NCBI GenBank assembly: GCA_963711465.1
Contig: CAVQEG010000001.1
Location: forward strand, 1,915,480-1,979,479
Direction of reading: 5' to 3'
DNA length: 64,000 bases
Origin: Chlorobiota bacterium
GTDB lineage: Bacteria > Bacteroidota > Ignavibacteria > OLB7
Under the pieces are notes generated by a model that was given only the letters and a program-made list of their open reading frames with translations, did no database searches and was not told the origin of the DNA. Below, piece after piece: positions 51,661 to 60,300 of this stretch. How positions within the stretch are numbered: position 1 is the first letter of the stretch; each line of letters opens with the position of its first letter. The position numbers and the translations under genes are program-made.

Positions 51661-53196
51661 TTACTTCGCGATAACGAGCCGTCCGGTCGCCACCCGATTC
51701 CCCGTCTGCACCGCCACCACGTACGCACCCGAGGAAAGTCCCTCGACCGGTAGCCGCTCGCGGTACGTTCCGGCTGATCGCACTCCGAGCTGCCGCTTCG
51801 CCACCGTTCTGCCGAGTTCGTCGAAGAGACTGATCGTCACCGGCGAGGAACGGTCGACGGAGAAGTCGATCGTCGACGATCCGCTCGTGGGATTCGGGGC
51901 GATGAGCATCGATGCGCCCGAGGCGGACACCGCCGGCGTCGCGCTCGGCGAACCGACGTAGAAGTAATCGATGACCTGCCGGGCTGCCGCCTCGATCTGC
52001 GCGTTGTCGGTCGTGTCCTGCGGATTGGCCACATCGGCCACGCGCAGCGCGAAGGACAGGTGCGCCGTATCGCCGGGGAGCATGTTGAATGGTCCGCTGG
52101 TCATCAGCGCGCCCTGATCGTTGCGGCCGATGCTGCCGTCGACCCTCATCGACGCCATCACGCCGTACAGATCGGCCAGCGTCGGCGGGTCGGTGTTCAG
52201 GTTCAGATTCCGATAGCTGGTGATCCGGCCGTTGTACCGGAAACGATTGCGGTTGGCGTTGTCGACGAATCCCGCCAGCGTGTCGCCCGGCGGGTAGGTG
52301 AGCGGCCCCTCAAGCAGCGTCGTCAGCAGTGCGCCGGGCGGCGTCGTCCCCACCCCGCTCTGGTAGGCGACCGTCGTGCGCAGCTCGGGCCTCGATGTGT
52401 ACGCGTAGGAATACGTGGCCGAACCGTCGCCGACGACCGGCGAGTAGACCGGCCCGACGAAGCAGTTGTACAGCGTGTCCTGCGACACGTTGATCACCGA
52501 ATAGGTGAAGACCACCGTCGATGCCAGCGGCCCCTCTGCCCAGCCCGAGATGTACTGACGGATGAGCAGTCCGATCGGCAGCGCCGGATCACGCCTCCCG
52601 CCGTAGCGCGTCGTGTCGAAGTCGTTGAACTGGGTGATGATCTCCTCATCGGCACCGGGCAGGAACGTCGGCCCCACGTATCGGTCGCCGGCGTCGCGCT
52701 CCAGCGGATTCGTCTTGAAGTGCCCCGGCGATCGTGGCGTCGCCCCGGGTTCGGTCAGCAGCGTCCACATCGGCCAGCGCGACCGCGGCCCGTTCGGGCC
52801 AATGTATTCGCCGCTCTGATGATCGTACAGGGTGGAATTGAAAATATCCGCCTGCGCAAGCGTCGAGTCGTACGTGTAGCCCGGAACGGCCCATGATGAA
52901 CCCGTCGCCGGATCATACGTCTCGAACACCACCGTCCGAGGACCGCCGGTGCCGACGGCCTTGCGGCAGCCGAACCAGATGCCGCCGCCGGAGAGGTAGG
53001 TGTTGCCGCTGCCGCGGGGATACTCGAAGCCCGCACCGCCGGGTGTCATCGCCCGGCCGAACGTCCCGACGTTCGTCACGTGCAGCAGAACGTCCGACAC
53101 GCGCGTCGTGTCGTCCAGTACGGTCTGAGCGCTGGATCGCACAGCAGCGAATGACAACAGCAGCACGATCATCGCAGGAATTCCCAGTCTCGTCAT
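51661..53196 (-). CDS. T9SS type A cargo protein of unknown function (paralog 1)
   Basis: Signal peptide ending SSA-Q; TNVGTFG, YPRGSGNTYL, WFG, PGDTA; CTD PNPT..DELGR..LSSGAY. Confidence 0.85.
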   Translation of the reverse strand: MTRLGIPAMIVLLLSFAAVRSSAQTVLDDTTRVSDVLLHVTNVGTFGRAMTPGGAGFEYPRGSGNTYLSGGGIWFGCRKAVGTGGPRTVVFETYDPATGSSWAVPGYTYDSTLAQADIFNSTLYDHQSGEYIGPNGPRSRWPMWTLLTEPGATPRSPGHFKTNPLERDAGDRYVGPTFLPGADEEIITQFNDFDTTRYGGRRDPALPIGLLIRQYISGWAEGPLASTVVFTYSVINVSQDTLYNCFVGPVYSPVVGDGSATYSYAYTSRPELRTTVAYQSGVGTTPPGALLTTLLEGPLTYPPGDTLAGFVDNANRNRFRYNGRITSYRNLNLNTDPPTLADLYGVMASMRVDGSIGRNDQGALMTSGPFNMLPGDTAHLSFALRVADVANPQDTTDNAQIEAAARQVIDYFYVGSPSATPAVSASGASMLIAPNPTSGSSTIDFSVDRSSPVTISLFDELGRTVAKRQLGVRSAGTYRERLPVEGLSSGAYVVAVQTGNRVATGRLVIAK

Positions 53197-53245
53197 GATG
53201 GCCTCCGATACTTCTGGTGAAATCGGCTCGGAGGATCACCGGGAC

Positions 53246-53500
53246 CAATCGAACGACCAGGATGGGTGCCGTCGTTCGAATTCCAGTGTGCTCGACGACG
53301 ACCATGAGGAGTCCGGGATCCGCCGCGCCGCTCGGCAGTCGTACGGCGTTGCAACCGCGACTGCGGGCGCGGAGCTCGCCCGCCGGGCGAACACGTCGCA
53401 GGGCATCGGCGAACTCGATGCCGACCACCGCACGAGAATCAAGCCAGAAGGAGACGTTCGCACCGACGTTGGTGGCGTTCGCGACGACGGCCACCGACCG
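53246..53500 (-). pseudogene. Degenerate orphan T9SS C-terminal domain
   Basis: VVANATNVGANVSFWLDSRAVVGIEFADALRR..LRARSRG..RLPSGAADPGLLMVVV..PILVVR aligns with the neighbouring CTD; TTG sits where a stop is expected; no start codon or signal peptide. Confidence 0.55.
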
Positions 53501-53520
53501 CCCCCGGAAGGAATGGGACA

Positions 53521-53687
53521 CTACCGGACGACGACGATCGGCCTGGTGCTCCGCACTCCGTCGGACCAGACGACCGCCACGAAGACACCGGGCTCGACAG
53601 CTGCGACACGCGACTCGTGTCCTGCGGGAATATCTGCGCAGGTAGTCGGGCGGCACCCGCGATGAGAATCGCGATAAGTACGGGCAA
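53521..53687 (-). pseudogene. Internally deleted T9SS cargo paralog (signal peptide joined out of frame to a CTD tail)
   Basis: LPVLIAILIAGAARLPAQIFPQDTSRVSQL (compare AQTVLDDTTRVSDV), then in another frame VEPGVFVAVVWSDGVRSTRPIVVVR-stop. Confidence 0.6.
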
Positions 53688-53804
53688 TGCGGATCGAATT
53701 GACCTGGTGGTATCGAAGAATTCCGTGAGGGAGAATGCACGCGTAGATGAACGCCGAGGCCTGTGCCGCGGCGGACCAGCGCATGGCTGTGAAGCAGCGG
53801 TTGA

Positions 53805-55376
53805 TTACTTCGCCACGACGAGCCGTCGCGAACGCACGCCGCGGTCGGTCTCGATGGCAACGGTGTAGGTGCCGCTCCGAAGCGCTGAAACGTCCAGGCG
53901 CTCGATGCGATCCCCGGCCGGATGCATTCGGCGCGGATGGTCGATGATGGTGCGGCCAAGCACGTCGACGACACGGATTCGCGTCGGCTCGGCGCGCGCG
54001 TCCGACCAGCTGACCGACACGATGTCGAACGCAGGATTCGGCGTCAGTCGCACCGGTTCGTCCAACGTCGATTCGTCCACGGTGAGCGAGATATCCGGTG
54101 GACGCGCATAGTACATGTTCACCAGTCCGTTGACGTAGCGCTGCGCGTCGATCGACAGACTATCGTGTGTTGTCGGGACGATGGCGTAGCCGACGGCGAA
54201 GAACGCGGTGTCGCCGGGATGCATGATGAACGGCGTGCAGGCGATCATCGCTCGCAGGTCGGCCGACGGCATGGTGTCGTCGTCGGAGGCGAAGCCACCG
54301 GAGGTCATCAATTCGTACCGATCGCGATAGGTGACCGGCTCCTGGTCGGACCCGACGACCCATCGGGGGAAGGCGCCGACACGGCCGACGGCGGGATAGT
54401 CGAGTCGGCGGGAATTGTCCAGGATCCCGTTGGCATCGGTCATCGGCGCCTCCAGCAGCGTGATCACCAGCGTACCATAGTTCCCGTCATCCTCGGGTCC
54501 GCTGTAGACGAACCCGGTACGGCCGACGGGCCAGCTGGAGAGGAACCCCGAGCGGTCATTGCCGGGAGAGCCGATATCGGGATCGGAGACATGCGCCATC
54601 ACGCAGTCGAAGAGCGTATCCGGCGACGCGTTGACCACCTGATACTGCAGCACGGTGATCACCCCGAGGGGATCGCTCGACCAGGCGAAGATCGACTCCT
54701 GAATCTGAAGCCCGAGCGGATAGCCGAGCTGGCGCGCCTGCGCGCTGTCGAGTTCGTAGCGCCCCAGCCCGCCGTCGTTGAACCGCGCCACCATCTCTTC
54801 ATCGGCGTTGAAGGCGAACGCGGGTGTGCGAGTGAGGTTGAGGCGGCGACGGTTGTCGGGTTCGAACGAGCCGGGATCGAGAATCGAGGCCCACGGGGCG
54901 CCGAAGGCACTCCACAGCGGCCAGTTGGGTGCGCCCGACGGCAGAGCGCCGAGGTAGCGTCCGGTGTTGCGGTCGTAGTCGACCGAGTGGTACAGATCGG
55001 GTCGGGCGGCGAGGGTGTCGACGAATTCGCCGGGACTGGCGATGCTTCGGCCGGTGGAGGGGTTGTACGTGTAGAACACGAGCGGGCGGAATGCGGCGGT
55101 TCGCTTCTTGGCGCCGAACCAGAATCCACTGCCGTAGAGGTAGTGATGGCCCGATCCGCGCGGATAGATCAGACCATGAATCCGGCCGGTCGGATCGTAG
55201 CCGAACGTGCCGGTATTGGTCGCAGTGAAGTCGACCGGACTGATCACGCTGCGCTTGATCGAATCCGACGTCTGCTGCGCTGCCAGCTGGATCGCTGCAA
55301 TCGGCGTGACCACGACGGCCCACAGGAGCCCACGCGCGATGACAGACGCCAGACGGCTGGTGTCGGTGTTGGTCAT
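53805..55376 (-). CDS. T9SS type A cargo protein of unknown function (paralog 2)
   Basis: TNTGTFG, YPRGSGHHYL, WFG, ADEE, PGDTA shared with 51661; CTD PNP..DVLGR..SGTY. Confidence 0.85.
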   Translation of the reverse strand: MTNTDTSRLASVIARGLLWAVVVTPIAAIQLAAQQTSDSIKRSVISPVDFTATNTGTFGYDPTGRIHGLIYPRGSGHHYLYGSGFWFGAKKRTAAFRPLVFYTYNPSTGRSIASPGEFVDTLAARPDLYHSVDYDRNTGRYLGALPSGAPNWPLWSAFGAPWASILDPGSFEPDNRRRLNLTRTPAFAFNADEEMVARFNDGGLGRYELDSAQARQLGYPLGLQIQESIFAWSSDPLGVITVLQYQVVNASPDTLFDCVMAHVSDPDIGSPGNDRSGFLSSWPVGRTGFVYSGPEDDGNYGTLVITLLEAPMTDANGILDNSRRLDYPAVGRVGAFPRWVVGSDQEPVTYRDRYELMTSGGFASDDDTMPSADLRAMIACTPFIMHPGDTAFFAVGYAIVPTTHDSLSIDAQRYVNGLVNMYYARPPDISLTVDESTLDEPVRLTPNPAFDIVSVSWSDARAEPTRIRVVDVLGRTIIDHPRRMHPAGDRIERLDVSALRSGTYTVAIETDRGVRSRRLVVAK

Positions 55377-56011
55377 GGCTTCAGATCGAGTCGGAACACG
55401 CCCTTGTCGACCGTGATCGTCGTGTCGAGTTCGCGGCAGTGTGCGCGGAACCAGAACGCGCCGATCAGCAATCCACGGTCGCGGTCGATGCGAACCACAC
55501 GCACCTCCCCAACGTGGGCGCTGTCACTTCGATAGACCTCGGGAAATCCCTGACGACGTCGCTCGTAGGTGGCGCCGTAGCGCGGCGGTCCGAGCGAGTC
55601 GATTTCCTTCGGTGCCGAATACGCGTCGTTGATGGCGAACGTGCCGGTGTCACGCACGTTGTCGAGTCGCAGTGAGAGGATCTCGTACTCGACGCCGTCG
55701 AGACCCCAGCTGGTCGCCTTCACCGTGACGAAATAGCCGTCTCCGAACCGGCCGTTGTGCCACTCCGGTCGGAGCACCTCGGTGGCGAAGACCTGCGGGC
55801 GCCCGTCGACCCGCGCCATGAGCGAGTCGCCACTGCCGAAGAGAAAATTCGGGTCGGTGGGTACCGTTGCCGGAACGACAACCACGTCGCGCGGCGTATC
55901 AACGTCCAGCGGACTGCTGCAGCAGACCATCAGCACGACCATGGCGAGCGTGGCGACGGGGCCGATTCCCGTCGACCCGCGGGTCGATCCTGCTGCGTGC
56001 GTACGCTCCAT
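55373..56011 (-). CDS. Lipoprotein (DUF6252-like)
   Basis: Hydrophobic stretch ending MVCC; MARVDG..F, GAFWFRA..TITVDKGVF; ATGA overlap with the downstream gene. Confidence 0.7.
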   Translation of the reverse strand: MERTHAAGSTRGSTGIGPVATLAMVVLMVCCSSPLDVDTPRDVVVVPATVPTDPNFLFGSGDSLMARVDGRPQVFATEVLRPEWHNGRFGDGYFVTVKATSWGLDGVEYEILSLRLDNVRDTGTFAINDAYSAPKEIDSLGPPRYGATYERRRQGFPEVYRSDSAHVGEVRVVRIDRDRGLLIGAFWFRAHCRELDTTITVDKGVFRLDLKP

Positions 56012-56067
56012 GGTCAATCGGCTCGGCGATGTTCGGGGGGCAAGGGCAGCCGACGACGCCGAGCGGC

Positions 56068-57387
56068 TCAGAATCCGATGCCGATGCCGTAGTGGATGTT
56101 CAGGTTCGTGCTCGTGTAAATCTGCCCGTCGAGCGACGTCCACAACATCCAGGCGGAAACGCCGGCGGTCGCGCTCAGCCACTGGTTGGCGTGATACTCC
56201 GTCTGCACTCCGATCGTTCCGAGCGGTCCGATCTGCGTTCCCCCGACTCCAAGCTCGAGAGCGGTCGAGAAATTAGCGATTCGCAACACCTCGGGAGCCA
56301 GGAAGCCACGAGCGTACAACAGGCGCGGCGACTGCCGCACCAGCGAGTCGGTCGTCCGGCCGTCGGTCGACGGCGTCAGCACCTGCGAGAATTCCGTCTC
56401 ACCCACCGCAATGCCACCGCGCAGCGAGGAGGAGAGGAAGCTCGATCGCGCCAGATGCAGACTCGCCTGCAGCTCGCGATCGGCAAAAATCGTCGGTGAC
56501 GTCGACAGCCCGTACACGCGCGGCAGCGACAGCCGCAGGTTGTTGCGCAGCTCCACCTCCACGCCGAGCGGCGTACCGCCCACCTCGCCCAGGTCGAGCT
56601 CGCCAACCCGGGGCGCGGCGGCCCGGGCACGGATCGGCGCCGCGTCGAATCCGTGCAGCGGCGCTTCCCGCAGTCCGACCGGCTGCACCGTGGGCAGTTC
56701 CGCGCGAGAGTCGTTCGCCGCGACCGCCGGCCGGGAACGCACCGCCATCGACCGTAGCTCCGCATGGGTCGACGCCACCGTCACCGCTGCGGCAACCGGC
56801 GCGCGGCTCGCCTGCCGCCGCGTGGCCAGCAGCGCCTTCTGCCGCAGACTCAACGCCGAGAGCCGTTCGATCCGCGCATGTAGCGTGCGGGCGTTCTCCC
56901 GCAGCATGGCGATCTCCATCCGCGCTCTGGTGAGCGAATCCTGCGCGATACCGAGCATCACGAGGCCAGCCGCATCTCCGTCGGAGACAGCCGCCGCCGG
57001 ACGGGGTTCGGGCGCATTCGAGCCCAGCAGAAGACCACCGGCCACGCCGATGCACAGCAGCGCCACTGCGACCATCGCTGCGATCCCCGAACGCAGGGGC
57101 CACCCCGCACCAGCAGATTCCGCCTGCACCACCGGAGGTTCCATGGCCGCAGCCGATGCGAATCCCCGATCGATCGCCGCAAGTCCGCTGAACACCGCCG
57201 CATCGGCCGCCGAGGTGGGTGTCGTGCTGCTGCCCAGGGCTCGATAGGCACGCGACATCCGGATCTGCTCCACCAGCAGTGCCCGCTTCTCCGGCGACAC
57301 CGCCAGTCGATGCATCAGCTCGGCAAGCTCCGACTCGCCCGTCATCTCGCCGTTGAGCAGCGCGGTAATCGAATCCTGAATGTTCAT
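56068..57387 (-). CDS. Putative anti-sigma factor with TM helix, long linker and C-terminal outer-membrane beta-barrel
   Basis: ITALLNGEM..LAELMHRLAVSPEKR anti-sigma-like N-terminus; TM about aa 101-122; Ala-rich linker; ends LNIHYGIGIGF; directly follows the ECF sigma. Confidence 0.72.
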   Translation of the reverse strand: MNIQDSITALLNGEMTGESELAELMHRLAVSPEKRALLVEQIRMSRAYRALGSSTTPTSAADAAVFSGLAAIDRGFASAAAMEPPVVQAESAGAGWPLRSGIAAMVAVALLCIGVAGGLLLGSNAPEPRPAAAVSDGDAAGLVMLGIAQDSLTRARMEIAMLRENARTLHARIERLSALSLRQKALLATRRQASRAPVAAAVTVASTHAELRSMAVRSRPAVAANDSRAELPTVQPVGLREAPLHGFDAAPIRARAAAPRVGELDLGEVGGTPLGVEVELRNNLRLSLPRVYGLSTSPTIFADRELQASLHLARSSFLSSSLRGGIAVGETEFSQVLTPSTDGRTTDSLVRQSPRLLYARGFLAPEVLRIANFSTALELGVGGTQIGPLGTIGVQTEYHANQWLSATAGVSAWMLWTSLDGQIYTSTNLNIHYGIGIGF

Positions 57388-57443
57388 ATCGGTCGAATTA
57401 CTCCTGTCGGCACGTTGATACCCTGGCCCTCTTCCGTCTCGCC

Positions 57444-58001
57444 CTATTCGTCGCGAAGAACCGGTCCGAGAATTTTCTGAAGCTCCTGCTTCGCCCGGTA
57501 AATCCTGTTGCGAACCGCACCCACGCTAAGCTCCAGCGTCTGCGCGATGCGCTCGTAGCTAAGTCCCTCGATTTCGAAGAGGAGGAACGCCTCACGCTGT
57601 TCGGGGGGAATCTGCTGCAGCGCGTCGCGGAGGTGGTCGGCAAGATCGATCGTCGTCGGGTCGAATTCGCACCTGGTCTCCGGAAGGGCGTCGACCAACT
57701 CGATGCGGTCCCGGTACCGGTGGATGTTGAGGCAGCTGTGACGCGTCGACGTCAGCAGATAGGCGCGGACGTTGTACATCGGCGTCCCCTTCCTGCATGC
57801 CGCGTAGAATCCGAGAAAGACGTCCTGATACACGTCCTGGGCGAGATTCACATCGTCGATCATCAGCATGCAGAACCGGTAGATGATCGTCTTGTGGCGC
57901 TCGAAGAGAATGCGAAAGGCCTCGTGGTCCCCTGCCGCTACCCGACGGGCCAGCACCTTGTCGTTCGCCTCCGTCGGTTGTACTGCGGTAGATACCTCCA
58001 C
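57444..58001 (-). CDS. ECF RNA polymerase sigma-70 factor
   Basis: GDHEAFRILFERH, AQDVYQDVF, QREAFLLFEIEGLSYERIAQTL..GAVRNRIYRAK; GTG start estimated. Confidence 0.92.
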   Translation of the reverse strand: MEVSTAVQPTEANDKVLARRVAAGDHEAFRILFERHKTIIYRFCMLMIDDVNLAQDVYQDVFLGFYAACRKGTPMYNVRAYLLTSTRHSCLNIHRYRDRIELVDALPETRCEFDPTTIDLADHLRDALQQIPPEQREAFLLFEIEGLSYERIAQTLELSVGAVRNRIYRAKQELQKILGPVLRDE

Positions 58002-58370
58002 CGGCCGCGTCCTGAAATGTGCGTCCCCCCGGGATCGACGGCGACGGAGCGGCTCAGCTGAACCGCTCCGCACCGTCGGGAAAACGCTGTACGATGAATC
58101 TCGAGTGGCAAGCCACCCTATATGTAAAACACACGAGAGGCTCGAAGTTCTCAGCCGGAGGCGGATTTTTTTCAACACCGCCTGAAACGAACGCAAAACC
58201 GCCCACTTCACACGGTGGCGAAGCAGGCGGCATTCGTCTCGTTCTCCCCGGCACACCATGCTCTTCCCGCAGTCGCGGCAACGGCATCATGGGCCGACGA
58301 AGACTCCCCTGGTTGCGGTCCGTATGCTCATTGGAACGGCCCTCCGGACGCCGGCACGAATCCGTCGTGG

Positions 58371-60230
58371 CTACAGATCCGCCCCCTCGTACATCTCCTC
58401 GATCAGATCGCGGTACTGCCCCTCGACCGCCCGCCGCTTCACCTTCAGCGTCGGAGTGAGCAACCCGTTGTCCACCGTGAACGGTTCGTCGAGCAGACGG
58501 TAGCGGCGCACACGTTCGAACGATCCGAGATCGCGCTGCGCGTCGCGCATCGCGCCGTCGAACGCCAGCGCCACCTGGTCGCTGTCGAGCAGTGCCCGCC
58601 GCTCGTCCGCGTCGCTCATCGAACCGACCGGCGTCCGCACGGCCTCGGCCACCTCGCGCAATGCCTCGAAGTCCGGCACGATCAGCGCCGTGAGGAACGC
58701 CCGCCCGTCGCCGATGAGCAGCATCTGGTCGATCAAACGGTTCTGCCGCAGTGCCCCCTCGATCGCCTGCGGCGCGAGATTCTTGCCATTGGACAGCACG
58801 ATCAGATTCTTCTTCCGATCGGTGATGCGGAGACTTCCCTCCGCGTCGAATTCACCCACGTCTCCCGTGTGCAGCCACCCGCCGGCGTCGATTACCGCGG
58901 CCGTCGCCTCGGCGTCGTCGAGGTATCCCTTCATCACGTGCGGACCCCGCGTGAGGATCTCTCCGTCGGACTCGATGCGCACTTCGACGTTGAACAGCGG
59001 CGGACCCACCGTCCCGACGCGCGGACGCTCCGGGAGGTTCGCCGCTATGATCGGCGATGCCTCGGTCAGCCCATACCCCTCGACGATCACCAGACCGACT
59101 GCAAAGAAGAATTCGGCGACATCGCGCGGCAGCGGACCTCCCCCGGAGACGAAGAAGCGCAGCCGCGAGAGCCCCAGCCGCTCCCGCAGTCGGCTGTTGA
59201 CCAGCGACTCGGCCATCCGGTAACGCGATCGAAGTCCAATGCCGATCCGCCCGTTGCGCTCGGCCGCCAGATGCTCCCGGCCGATCCGCATTGCCCAGGC
59301 GAACAGCGCGCGCCGCGTCGGCGGATACGTCTTTACCTGCCGTTCGATCCGCGTCTTGATCCGCTCGAAAAGCCGCGGGACGGAGGTCATCAGCGTCGGT
59401 CGCACCTCCAGCATGTTGGCAGGTACCGTCTCGATCGAGTCGGCAAAGGCAATCGTCGCTCCCGCGATGAAGCAGGAGTAGTACCCGGCGGTGCGCTCGT
59501 AGGCGTGGCACAGCGGCAGGTAGCTGAGGACCACGTCCTCGGTGCGGATCGGCAACCGATCGAGCGCGCCCCGCACGTTCGCCGCGAAATTCCCCTGCGT
59601 GAGCATCACGCCCTTCGGATCTCCCGTCGTTCCGCTCGTGTAGATGAGCGTCAGCAGATCGTCCGGTTGTGACTGCGCGGCCAGCGTGCGCAGCTGACCC
59701 GGAACGCTGCGCGCCAGACCCCGCCCCTCCTCCAGCAGTTGGTCCCACGACAGCAGCGTGCGGTCGAATCGCCGCTCGTAAGCGTCGATCGCATCCTGCT
59801 GCATCACGATGATGTGCTGCAGCGTCGGCAGATCGTCGATGATCTCGTGCAGCTTCTTGAGCTGCAGGCGATTGGAACAGACCACCGCCTTCACGCCTGC
59901 ATGGTTGAGCACGTATCCGATCTGCCGCGCCGTCAGAATCGGAAACGTCGACACGTCCACGATTCCGGAGCAGACGCAGGCGAAGTCGGTCACCACCCAT
60001 TCGAGTCGATTCTCGCTCATCACCCCCATCCGGTCACCGTGCGCGATGCCCCGCGCCCGGAGCGCCAGCGCCAGCGCTTCGACCATCGCGAAGAGTTCCG
60101 CGTGCGTGGTGTCGACCCACTCGCCGTCGACCTTGCGGCGGAATGCGGCGCGGCTCGAACCGGAGAAGTGGTCGGTCACGTCGATGAATGCGGTCGCGAT
60201 GGTGGAGATGTCCTCGAGTATCGGCATCAC
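58371..60230 (-). CDS. Long-chain fatty acid--CoA ligase (AMP-binding)
   Basis: YTSGTTGDPKG, LPLCHAYER, EGYGLTE, GWLHTGD, ITDRKKNL, LTPTLK. Confidence 0.93.
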   Translation of the reverse strand: MMPILEDISTIATAFIDVTDHFSGSSRAAFRRKVDGEWVDTTHAELFAMVEALALALRARGIAHGDRMGVMSENRLEWVVTDFACVCSGIVDVSTFPILTARQIGYVLNHAGVKAVVCSNRLQLKKLHEIIDDLPTLQHIIVMQQDAIDAYERRFDRTLLSWDQLLEEGRGLARSVPGQLRTLAAQSQPDDLLTLIYTSGTTGDPKGVMLTQGNFAANVRGALDRLPIRTEDVVLSYLPLCHAYERTAGYYSCFIAGATIAFADSIETVPANMLEVRPTLMTSVPRLFERIKTRIERQVKTYPPTRRALFAWAMRIGREHLAAERNGRIGIGLRSRYRMAESLVNSRLRERLGLSRLRFFVSGGGPLPRDVAEFFFAVGLVIVEGYGLTEASPIIAANLPERPRVGTVGPPLFNVEVRIESDGEILTRGPHVMKGYLDDAEATAAVIDAGGWLHTGDVGEFDAEGSLRITDRKKNLIVLSNGKNLAPQAIEGALRQNRLIDQMLLIGDGRAFLTALIVPDFEALREVAEAVRTPVGSMSDADERRALLDSDQVALAFDGAMRDAQRDLGSFERVRRYRLLDEPFTVDNGLLTPTLKVKRRAVEGQYRDLIEEMYEGADL

Positions 60231-60300
60231 GGACGGGAGTCTGGTGACGGAGGGCGGCTACGGCAGCCGCTGATGCCGGCGAATATCGGAATTCACCCGA

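Noticed and set aside
52913-53974. 353-aa ORF as a real gene
   Set aside because: Overlaps both flanking T9SS genes out of frame; only its central part (the CTD relic) is protein-like
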